Below are positions 56,156-64,000 of a DNA stretch of 64,000 nt, piece by piece. Position 1 is the first letter of the stretch; the number at the start of each line of letters is the position of its first letter. Origin of the DNA: a virus. Where the stretch lies: the IMG/VR virus record IMGVR_UViG_3300045988_183940; one strand, 5' to 3'. A program made the translations under genes and the position numbers. The notes under the pieces are model-generated. The model worked only from the letters and a program-made list of their open reading frames with translations, did not search any database and had not been told where the DNA came from.

Positions 56156-57286
56156 TTAATCCACCACCTTTTTAAAACCTATAAATTTTCCAATTCCAAA
56201 TCTATCAAATTCTATTTTACATACTGGATATAAGTATTTATCATAAAACTCAATTTCAACAGGATATAATCCTATAAAAGCGGGAGACCCACTGTCAGCT
56301 TCACTAAGAATTTCCCTATCAGACATAATTTTTAAAGAATCTTCTGAAAAACTATCATCAATAATTTGAAAATCATATATTCCCTTCTTAAGTGTTACCT
56401 TAATATAATTAAATTCCTGCGGGACTCTATAAATATTTTCAAATTCTGAAAAAGGAGTATTATTTAAAATTTCAAAAATACCGTTTTCCACATATTTATT
56501 TTGAGAAACAGAAGTAAAAAAGCCAAAATCATAGTCTGTCTGTTTTTTTAAAAGATTAAAAACTTTCCCCTTGCCAAGCTGATAATCAAAATGAAAAAGA
56601 ATGTCCTTTGATGAAATGCTAGTAATACCTTTTTTAAAAATTTTCACATCTCCATAATGAAAATTCTGATTCTTAAATACAATATAACCATCAACTAAAT
56701 CATAAGCCCTATATTTAAAATTATCATATTCCGAAAGTTCAAGATAGCCGCTATATAAACCATTCCCATTGTCTGTCCAATACATATCTGCAACAGACTT
56801 ATCATCACTGTACGGAATATTTCCGAAAGATTTTAGAAGTTTGAACCTGTCAGGATAATTCCAGTACTGTGGTATATTATTTACACATTCAACCTCGATT
56901 CCAGAATATCTTATTGACAGTATTTCTATTAAAGTTTTTCCAAAAAGACTGGCAGACACAACCTTGTATTTTATAAAAAGCGTATCATCAAACTTGTCAA
57001 AATTAAAGCACGACACATACTGTCTTAGATGTTTATTTCCAAATATTTTATAATTAAATGGATTCACATAAACCATATTTTTACCTGAAACATCAGAAGT
57101 ATTATTGCCACAAATTCTCCAGTCGCAATTAAATTTATCAAAATGAATTTCACATTTATGGTATTTAAAAAATTCAAATATCCTGTCAAAATTAACTGAA
57201 ATTTCATAAATATTTTTATCAATTTTTTCAGTATAACTTTTCAAAGGATTTTTTAATAAATAAAGCATAGTTTCACTTCCTTTCAT
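56156..57286 (-). CDS. hypothetical protein
   Basis: 376-aa ORF abutting its neighbours. Confidence 0.55.
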   Translation of the reverse strand: MKGSETMLYLLKNPLKSYTEKIDKNIYEISVNFDRIFEFFKYHKCEIHFDKFNCDWRICGNNTSDVSGKNMVYVNPFNYKIFGNKHLRQYVSCFNFDKFDDTLFIKYKVVSASLFGKTLIEILSIRYSGIEVECVNNIPQYWNYPDRFKLLKSFGNIPYSDDKSVADMYWTDNGNGLYSGYLELSEYDNFKYRAYDLVDGYIVFKNQNFHYGDVKIFKKGITSISSKDILFHFDYQLGKGKVFNLLKKQTDYDFGFFTSVSQNKYVENGIFEILNNTPFSEFENIYRVPQEFNYIKVTLKKGIYDFQIIDDSFSEDSLKIMSDREILSEADSGSPAFIGLYPVEIEFYDKYLYPVCKIEFDRFGIGKFIGFKKVVD

Positions 57287-57585
57287 TAATTAAATTTATA
57301 TGGAATAAAAATAAAAGTAACAATAAGAATACCAGCTGAAAGAACAGACATTGTTATAATTTCAGCTTTGAACACCGAAAATCCAATAAAAATAGAAAAT
57401 AGCAACATTATTAATGCAGACAATATAAAAGATAATGCAATATAGTTCAAATATCTTGAACATTCAGACCTGTAATCACGTGGCTCTAGCAATATGCTTA
57501 CATTCTTAATCGAAGTTATACAAACTGCAACCACAATAAAATTAATTATAAAAATAATAATTTTTATTAAATTCCCAAAATCCAT
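57286..57585 (-). CDS. small membrane protein
   Basis: 99 aa with 3 TM helices. Confidence 0.5.
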   Translation of the reverse strand: MDFGNLIKIIIFIINFIVVAVCITSIKNVSILLEPRDYRSECSRYLNYIALSFILSALIMLLFSIFIGFSVFKAEIITMSVLSAGILIVTFIFIPYKFN

Positions 57586-57607
57586 ACAAAAAACCTCTTT
57601 TCTAAAA

Positions 57608-58999
57608 TTATCCCTTTCGTATATACCACATTCTAGCTGAATCCTGAATTACAATTCCAAGAGATGTATTAAGAGTTTCAATATCAGAGAATATATTGTC
57701 AATTTCACTTTCAACGCCTCTGTAATACTGTATAACCAATGTATTTTCCTTAAATGTCGCATATCCGTCTTTTCCATAGAAAATAACTCTTATATTACAA
57801 TTTTCAGGAATTTTTGATATACGTTCAATCTGGCTTGCCCATTTACCAAGTATGGATATAATATCATTATCCGAATCATCACAGGAAATTTCAAAAGACC
57901 TTACAAGAAATTTTCCAATAAGATGTTTTGAGTCCGTCAATCTGGCAAGCCTTGTCAAATGCTCAAAAGAAACTCCATCGTCCTTACCTGCATTACGTAA
58001 GACTGATATATCGCTAAAGAAAATAGCGTCCTTGACATCAATTCTTTTATCTTTAGAACTCCAGTCATATTTAATATATTCACACACAGCATTGTAAGGG
58101 CTGTATACAGATTCATTTTTTAAAATTGCATTAAGAATATCCCTTGTAAGAATAAAGTCCTTTAAGACTCCGTATTCTACACAGACCTGCCTAAAAGCGT
58201 CAAACATTTCAAACTTTGTAAAATTCTGATTTTCATAAGCAACATTGAGGCTTCGAGATGTAAACTTAAAGTCAACGTCCCTGAAAAAATCATCATGGCA
58301 TATTTCATCCCATAATCTTCCGCAATCAAGACCCCGCATATCATTAATTTTAAAAACACTTCCATCAAAACTTATAATGCTGTCCCCAAAAATAGCTTCA
58401 ACAGATTCAATTGAATCCCTGCTGAAATTCAGGCTCTTAATAAAACGTGCAAGGCTTCCAATTCTATTGTCCTTTGTATACATTTCAGGGGACACAAGGC
58501 TCACTTTTCCGTTTCCTTTTGTTATAAGAACACCTTTACTTCCAATCTTAACAAACTGTGAATACTCGGACACCTTTCTGCAATGAACTGGGGAAAAATC
58601 CCACACATTCTTAAATCTTCCAAATAAGCTGTCAATAATCACAGTTCCGTCTTCCATGTATGAAGACAGAAGGCTCTTGAAATATGAAACGTAAAAGTCT
58701 TTATAGTCCTTCCCTTTGTTTATAATAGACGAAAGCTTATTGCTGGTGCTGTACACCTCAGCTCCTGTATCAACGCTTACGTCAAGAAAAACACTTTCCA
58801 CGTAGACATCGCATTCACATTTAAGAGTCCAGTCGGAACAGTCAATTCCAGCAGTCCTGATAAAAAGCAGATGTATGCTTTTCCCAATAGCGAATATGAC
58901 CTTCCGTTCTATATCCTCAAGGCTCATATTCTTAAAAAGATAAGGCTTGGAAAGAATTATATCCCTAGCCTTATCTGATATATTTATAACTTTTTCCAT
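57608..58999 (-). CDS. hypothetical protein
   Basis: 463-aa ORF. Confidence 0.55.
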   Translation of the reverse strand: MEKVINISDKARDIILSKPYLFKNMSLEDIERKVIFAIGKSIHLLFIRTAGIDCSDWTLKCECDVYVESVFLDVSVDTGAEVYSTSNKLSSIINKGKDYKDFYVSYFKSLLSSYMEDGTVIIDSLFGRFKNVWDFSPVHCRKVSEYSQFVKIGSKGVLITKGNGKVSLVSPEMYTKDNRIGSLARFIKSLNFSRDSIESVEAIFGDSIISFDGSVFKINDMRGLDCGRLWDEICHDDFFRDVDFKFTSRSLNVAYENQNFTKFEMFDAFRQVCVEYGVLKDFILTRDILNAILKNESVYSPYNAVCEYIKYDWSSKDKRIDVKDAIFFSDISVLRNAGKDDGVSFEHLTRLARLTDSKHLIGKFLVRSFEISCDDSDNDIISILGKWASQIERISKIPENCNIRVIFYGKDGYATFKENTLVIQYYRGVESEIDNIFSDIETLNTSLGIVIQDSARMWYIRKG

Positions 59000-59291
59000 T
59001 TATTATTTCCCTTGCTTTCCCGCCAATATAGTCAATCTTGTTGATGGCGTATTTCTTTATATTTTTACGTATCTTATGCTGTCTCTTGTCAAAAAGTGTT
59101 AAATCCGTATTGGACAGCACTTCAGGAACTAGAAGCCAGCAGTCAGATTTTTTAAGAGTTCCATTGTCGCATTTTTCGTATAGAATCTTCCAGTAATTAA
59201 AGGCATTTTCAAACCTTTTCAGCTTATTAATATTCTTAAAACTTGAAAAAAAATTTGAATATTCTAAAATTTCATTATTCACACCAAACAT
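58971..59291 (-). CDS. hypothetical protein
   Basis: 106-aa ORF. Confidence 0.45.
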   Translation of the reverse strand: MFGVNNEILEYSNFFSSFKNINKLKRFENAFNYWKILYEKCDNGTLKKSDCWLLVPEVLSNTDLTLFDKRQHKIRKNIKKYAINKIDYIGGKAREIINGKSYKYIR

Positions 59292-59296
59292 CCTTT

Positions 59297-59599
59297 CTAT
59301 ATATCAGACAGTATTTCAACACTCTCATCAATACTTTTTACAATAGAAGGCACGTCAACAATTCTTGATATGCCATCTATGCTCCCGTAACGCTTCATAT
59401 AAACTTTTATTCCATGAGCATAGTCATAATACCTGTCGGAAATATACGCTTGCTCATAGTCTTCAAAAGACTCTCCACGAGCTTTCAGCTTTTCATAAAT
59501 TGCATTGTTTACTCCAGTTATAAATTCCCCCAAAGATATTTCAGGAAAATATCCAGCCATATATGACTGAAAGCTGTTACTTAATCTTACATCAAGCAC
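59297..59599 (-). CDS. hypothetical protein
   Basis: 100-aa ORF. Confidence 0.45.
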   Translation of the reverse strand: MLDVRLSNSFQSYMAGYFPEISLGEFITGVNNAIYEKLKARGESFEDYEQAYISDRYYDYAHGIKVYMKRYGSIDGISRIVDVPSIVKSIDESVEILSDI

Positions 59600-59622
59600 A
59601 ACATCACTCCCTTTTCATTATT

Positions 59623-60876
59623 TTAATATATCATTTTATTACGAATTTTTATCTTGCCATCCTTAACATCGTAATATTTTTTATCCGTTTCAACAATAAT
59701 ATACCATCCTGTAACAGCAGAAATAAATCTGAACTCTTCCAAGTTAATCTCGTTTATTTCAGGTATAACGACTGTTATTGATGAGCCTTTTTTTAAAATA
59801 CCATAATTGTAACTGCATATAAGCCTAACTTCATAAGTTAGTCCAAGCTCTGTACGCCCCATTCTTTCCATATTGGACAATGTTTTCATAATATGCTCCA
59901 CGTCAATTCTTGAAGACTTTATTATCTTTTTGTCATAGTCCCCAAGAAACCAGTTGTCCTTGTTTCTGTCGGATTCATAAATGTGTTTTTTCTGAAACTC
60001 ATCATCCCCATAGTAAAACTCAGTTGTATCAAGTCCCACAAAAACAGAACCATTTTCAGGAATATATTTAAGATTGTCATATTTTACAGTATTGTTATAA
60101 TACCATAACGAGTTTGGCAGGCATGCCATCTGTTCAGAAAGCACAAACGAAGATTCGTTAAACTTGCTGTAGTCAACCTTTTCCCCACCTAGTATTACAT
60201 ACCAGCTCATAAGGTCAAGATAAAGCCTTTTATTGTCATTTATCCACTCAGGGCTAAGCACAAGTTCAAAATACTTTTCAATTACACTTGTCATTGATAT
60301 AAGCTCTTTCATTTCACAAAGGAACGACAGAACCTTGTCCTGCATATCAAAGAACATTGAAAACTCCTTTAAAACCCCATCCCTTATTACGAGTTTCTGA
60401 GTCCCCTTATAGACTTCAAAATTAAAGGACTCTTTTGACGAAGCTCCAAATTTGCAGTTTGTTGAATTAAAGCTAAAACTCCTAAAAAATGTATCACTGT
60501 CTTCTTTATAGAACGACATTACAAATCTTGCAATAAATTCAATATTGTCATCAAAACGCTCTTCCCTGCTTAAAATTGAAATATCCCCATTATCATATTT
60601 AGCAGTAATATTGTTATCTGATAAGGAAATAAAACTTGAAACATCTTTCATTTCTTCAAACAGCAAAGCTATAAATCTATAAGGCGTTGAATTTTCAATA
60701 TCATCTATATACATTGACGGCTTAAATTCAACATTATATCGCTTAAAGCTCTTTGAAACTTCACACATCGTACCAAAGGAAAAATCAAATTGTTTTTCTG
60801 AAAAATCATCCATTGACATAAGCTCTTCCTTAAAAGCCTTGATGTCATTAAACGGATTTATTTTAATTACATCCAT
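59623..60876 (-). CDS. hypothetical protein
   Basis: 417-aa ORF. Confidence 0.55.
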   Translation of the reverse strand: MDVIKINPFNDIKAFKEELMSMDDFSEKQFDFSFGTMCEVSKSFKRYNVEFKPSMYIDDIENSTPYRFIALLFEEMKDVSSFISLSDNNITAKYDNGDISILSREERFDDNIEFIARFVMSFYKEDSDTFFRSFSFNSTNCKFGASSKESFNFEVYKGTQKLVIRDGVLKEFSMFFDMQDKVLSFLCEMKELISMTSVIEKYFELVLSPEWINDNKRLYLDLMSWYVILGGEKVDYSKFNESSFVLSEQMACLPNSLWYYNNTVKYDNLKYIPENGSVFVGLDTTEFYYGDDEFQKKHIYESDRNKDNWFLGDYDKKIIKSSRIDVEHIMKTLSNMERMGRTELGLTYEVRLICSYNYGILKKGSSITVVIPEINEINLEEFRFISAVTGWYIIVETDKKYYDVKDGKIKIRNKMIY

Positions 60877-60877
60877 T

Positions 60878-61258
60878 TTATTCCACCTCTTTTAATACAT
60901 CACGAATCTTCTTAATAGCCTTTGGTTCAAGATTATAGATTTTTTCAGAAAACAATACTGTAAGTTCTTTCTGCTCTGCATTTAAAGATTTCATGTCAAT
61001 TACAATCTCGGAAGTACTTTTACTTATCGCCTTTATAAGTGCTATGCTCTGAGCTTGGTTCAGCTTATATATTTCTGCAATTTTTTGGACAAACCCTTTA
61101 GGGATAGTTCTTTCCCCACGTTCAATTAAAGAAAGATAGGACGCTGAATATCCAATCTTTTCAGACATTTTTATCAATGACTGCCCGTGGTCTATCCTTA
61201 ATTTTGACAAGAATTTTCTAAGCTCTGTATTACTAATATCGGTGAACATAAATATCAC
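60878..61258 (-). CDS. XRE-type HTH transcriptional regulator
   Basis: HTH SLIKMSEKIGYSASYLSLIERGER. Preceded, on the minus strand, by a promoter with an imperfect copy of the palindromic operator. Confidence 0.65.
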   Translation of the reverse strand: MIFMFTDISNTELRKFLSKLRIDHGQSLIKMSEKIGYSASYLSLIERGERTIPKGFVQKIAEIYKLNQAQSIALIKAISKSTSEIVIDMKSLNAEQKELTVLFSEKIYNLEPKAIKKIRDVLKEVE

Positions 61259-61364
61259 ATCCTTTTTCTGTTTATTATTCTTTATCTTTATTATACATCA
61301 TATTTACAAATTTGTCAATAGAAAAATATAAAATGTAAATAAAAAAAAGAGAAAAATCTCTTTT

Positions 61365-61994
61365 CTATAAACTATTTTTTATTTTACATACATCCTTTAT
61401 GCCAGTAATATTGTTTACTCCATACATCACTTCATCTGCAAAATGTTTAATACTAAAAACGTTATTTTTGTCTGCAACATTAATGATTAATTCATAATAT
61501 TTTTTGTCATATTCCAAGGACTCCATAACAGCATAAAGCAAGTCTAAAATATAAACCGTGCTTTCAAATGAGCCTTTGATAACTTTAAGACAATAAAAAT
61601 TATCATTTTTTACAGAATATCCCTTGTATTCAAGTCTTTTAACATTATCCTTTATTCTTTTAATAACATCATCAGAAAGCATTGAGAATACGAACTTTGT
61701 AAGATAGCTTACGAATATAAAATCGTTATTATTAAGATTTTCAGTGTTCCCAATAACGGAAACTTTTCCACTAAAGTCAGATACAATACAGCAATCAGAA
61801 CTGTAAGAATAAATTATACGTTTACCAACAAACATGACGCTTGAATCAAGAAATGTAACATCCTTAATTTTAGAAGCACATTCTCTTGCTTTCTCAATGC
61901 TCCCAGTTTCATATAAGTTTACAATATCCTGACGTTTTAATAAATTCTCAATCTCCAATTTTATTACATCAAGTCTTTTTAAATCATTATCCAT
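61365..61994 (-). CDS. hypothetical protein
   Basis: Start moved to the Met at 61994 (MDNDLKRL...) with RBS GGAGAG. The annotated 62066 start would lie upstream of the promoter at 62017..62054. Confidence 0.5.
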   Translation of the reverse strand: MDNDLKRLDVIKLEIENLLKRQDIVNLYETGSIEKARECASKIKDVTFLDSSVMFVGKRIIYSYSSDCCIVSDFSGKVSVIGNTENLNNNDFIFVSYLTKFVFSMLSDDVIKRIKDNVKRLEYKGYSVKNDNFYCLKVIKGSFESTVYILDLLYAVMESLEYDKKYYELIINVADKNNVFSIKHFADEVMYGVNNITGIKDVCKIKNSL

Positions 61995-62016
61995 TGTAAC
62001 TCTCCTTGCGTTTAAT

Positions 62017-62054
62017 TTATACATTATTATAACATTTATTGACAATTTTGTCAA
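62017..62054 (-). promoter_or_regulatory. palindromic operator-promoter cassette (minus strand)
   Basis: Minus-strand reading TTGACAAAATTGTCAA-TAAA-TGTTATAAT, identical to the cassette at 40515..40543. Confidence 0.55.
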
Positions 62055-62096
62055 TAAAATAATCAATAAAAAAGAGGTATAAAAACCTCTTTTATA

Positions 62097-63233
62097 TTAT
62101 ATTTTATTAACTCTTTTCCCATTAAAATACATTTCAACGGTGTTACCGCAAACAAGTGTAACAGGAAGATTATTATTTTTAGAAAGTGCTACAACAAGCT
62201 CCCTGTTGTGTTCTGTAAGCTCAAAAGCGTCCTCAAATTCCACAACAGTTCCGCTCCATTCTGTCGTAACGTCAATTCTGCCATCATTATCACGTACTGA
62301 ATATTTACCTTGACAAGTGTTATAAAGTTTAACGGAACGCTGCATAAGCGTATACAGGTCAGCGTTTTCGACATACTCTATAATTGCGTCACCTGTTATA
62401 TGAAAATTTGTCTGAGCTACAGGATATATCAAGAAGTCAGGTATAAATTTTCTGATTTCATTAAAGAACTTAAGATTTTCCTTGTCCTTTAGCTTAATTT
62501 CAGAATCATCACACAGCATAAAATACAATACTGCGACAAGATGTGCATTGCTACCAGTTTCAATGTCAGTATCAAGTGTCTTTCCTTTTAGCTTTCCAAT
62601 AGACTTAAGATAACGCTCAATTGCAGGCTTTAAGTTTACGCCGTAGTATGTGTTAAGGGTATCAACAGCCTTAACTAAATTATCATCAAGTATACATTTT
62701 TCTACATTTCCATCATCAACTGTGAAAATTCCAAGATTGCTTACCATTTTAAGATTTATTGAAGATTCCACAAACTGATTATTCTCAACATCAACTGAAA
62801 AGTCAAAAACTCGTGAAGAATAGTCAACATATTTATAAAATCTCAAGTGAAACATATTCAATATTGAAATATGATAAAGAACGCTGTCAATACTCTTATC
62901 CTTAAAGTCAATATCAAGCCCTTTATTATGCTCGTTATAACGCACAGTAAAGTCTTTCAGCTTAAAAGTCAGCCTGTCAACATCAGTATTAAAATGAAAT
63001 ATTGAAATAAAATTATAAATAAATTTAACAATATTTTCATTAGTTGTCAAATCAGGAACAGTAAACTTAAGCCCTTTCGTACTTTTTGAAAAGCACATTT
63101 TCCCGTTTACGTCCCCAGCTCTTAAATCTGATTCAAACTCTTCATCAAATCCAATAATCTCAAGCCCCTTAACATATTCTATTACAGTCTCATTGTTTCC
63201 AAATTCAAGTTCCATATAATTAATATCTTTCAT
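62097..63233 (-). CDS. hypothetical protein
   Basis: 378-aa ORF. A terminator AGAGGT/ACCTCT lies just downstream at 62070..62092. Confidence 0.55.
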   Translation of the reverse strand: MKDINYMELEFGNNETVIEYVKGLEIIGFDEEFESDLRAGDVNGKMCFSKSTKGLKFTVPDLTTNENIVKFIYNFISIFHFNTDVDRLTFKLKDFTVRYNEHNKGLDIDFKDKSIDSVLYHISILNMFHLRFYKYVDYSSRVFDFSVDVENNQFVESSINLKMVSNLGIFTVDDGNVEKCILDDNLVKAVDTLNTYYGVNLKPAIERYLKSIGKLKGKTLDTDIETGSNAHLVAVLYFMLCDDSEIKLKDKENLKFFNEIRKFIPDFLIYPVAQTNFHITGDAIIEYVENADLYTLMQRSVKLYNTCQGKYSVRDNDGRIDVTTEWSGTVVEFEDAFELTEHNRELVVALSKNNNLPVTLVCGNTVEMYFNGKRVNKI

Positions 63234-63256
63234 AATTTCTCATTTCCTTTCTTATC

Positions 63257-63868
63257 CTAAAAATCTAAAATTTTGTTATAAAAATATTTTATCCAGTATT
63301 CATTAGCTTTTGCTTCTACGGGGTTGCCAGCTTCAGAAGACGGCTTAAAAGCATATCCGTTCTGTTTAACCGATTCAATAAAGTCCATTGGATATATTAT
63401 AAACACGTTACCATTACTTCCTTTTGCTATAATTTGCCAATAACTTTCATTTTCAACCTCAAAGTCACAATCTTTCATAAAGTCAACATATCCAGCAATA
63501 TCCTTAAGTTCTGTTATATACATTGTGGCAGTTTCTGTAACATTTTTACAGAACTTAATCTCATTCACTAAATCTTCAATTTCCCAATCTGAAAATTCAG
63601 ATAACTTTTTATATTTGACAGTCCCAGAAAAATCCTTGTCCACATTTATATAATAATTTTCAAACTCAAAGCGTGTACAGTCATCAAGCACAAAAATATT
63701 TCTGATTCTGTCACAAATATCTGCAATTTCACTTGGATTGTCAAAACTGTACATATTTACTCCAACCATCCCTTGTGAAAAACCACGGACTTCATTCTCA
63801 AGAAGTCCCTGCAAAAAATTAATTCTGTTTTCAGCAAAATTATCACTTACTAATTTTTCGTTATTCAT
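63257..63868 (-). CDS. hypothetical protein
   Basis: 203-aa ORF with the RBS GGGAGAAATTGAA-ATG. Confidence 0.55.
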   Translation of the reverse strand: MNNEKLVSDNFAENRINFLQGLLENEVRGFSQGMVGVNMYSFDNPSEIADICDRIRNIFVLDDCTRFEFENYYINVDKDFSGTVKYKKLSEFSDWEIEDLVNEIKFCKNVTETATMYITELKDIAGYVDFMKDCDFEVENESYWQIIAKGSNGNVFIIYPMDFIESVKQNGYAFKPSSEAGNPVEAKANEYWIKYFYNKILDF

Positions 63869-63883
63869 TTCAATTTCTCCCTA

Positions 63884-64000
63884 TTATAATAAATTTAATT
63901 CAAATATGGCGTTATGTATAAATTCAAACAAAGTTCTTGAATCTATTTCAGGAAAGTCAACAAACTCCAATAAGTCCATATTCTTAGCAATCTTTAACAA
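63884..64000 (-). CDS. 3' end of a minus-strand gene that starts beyond the window
   Basis: The minus-strand frame is open from the window edge to the TAA at 63886..63884 (...NAIFELNLL*). Confidence 0.35.
   Translation of the reverse strand: MLKIAKNMDLLEFVDFPEIDSRTLFEFIHNAIFELNLL

Noticed and set aside
5800-62060. CRISPR array formed by the repeated promoter or operator motifs
   Set aside because: The repeats are 29 to 30 bp but sit kilobases apart, each immediately upstream of a gene start with sigma70 spacing. There is no regular repeat-spacer architecture and no cas genes.
61995-62066. Annotated start 62066 of the 233-aa minus-strand ORF
   Set aside because: The operator-promoter at 62017..62054 would lie inside the coding region. 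The Met at 61994 with RBS GGAGAG is the likely true start.

Overview
Strongly AT-rich window (about 30% GC overall) that reads as a mobile element of phage/plasmid type. By codon usage and promoter style it probably comes from a low-GC bacterium such as Fusobacterium or Leptotrichia; that attribution is inference. Genes are densely packed. Most sit in small cassettes, each preceded by a near-consensus sigma70 promoter (TTGAYW-N17-TGnTATAAT) and followed by a rho-independent terminator. Recognisable content, in order: a T4SS-like module in a GC-richer segment at the left edge (two TrbL/VirB6-like membrane proteins and a VirB11-family ATPase); a flotillin/SPFH protein; a pair of RNase H1-like proteins carrying hybrid-binding domains, one apparently inactive with two such domains; an SLT lytic transglycosylase and an NlpC/P60 peptidase that share an N-terminal module; a tandem-HTH regulator; a RusA-like resolvase fused to an HTH; an XPD/DinG-type FeS helicase; a Bro-N antirepressor; a DUF488 protein; and two tRNAs on the minus strand (Cys-GCA, Ser-TGA). 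The most notable locus is 31351..34907: three tRNA-mimic RNAs that keep acceptor and T-arms but have no anticodon stem-loop, followed by a vWA/MIDAS protein and RtcB RNA ligase. That layout recalls bacterial and phage Ro60 (Rsr) / Y-RNA (YrlA) / RtcB RNA-repair operons. Other notable points: two paralogous families of small membrane-anchored proteins (4 and about 6 copies plus a gene fragment); a 29-bp palindromic promoter-operator cassette found at least 6 times; two candidate small RNAs each with its own promoter and terminator; and a 14-kb minus-strand block (49808..63868) of about 18 genes, nearly all without recognisable motifs, bracketed by an HTH regulator and a P-loop NTPase. No CRISPR array, rRNA, integrase or transposase is visible.
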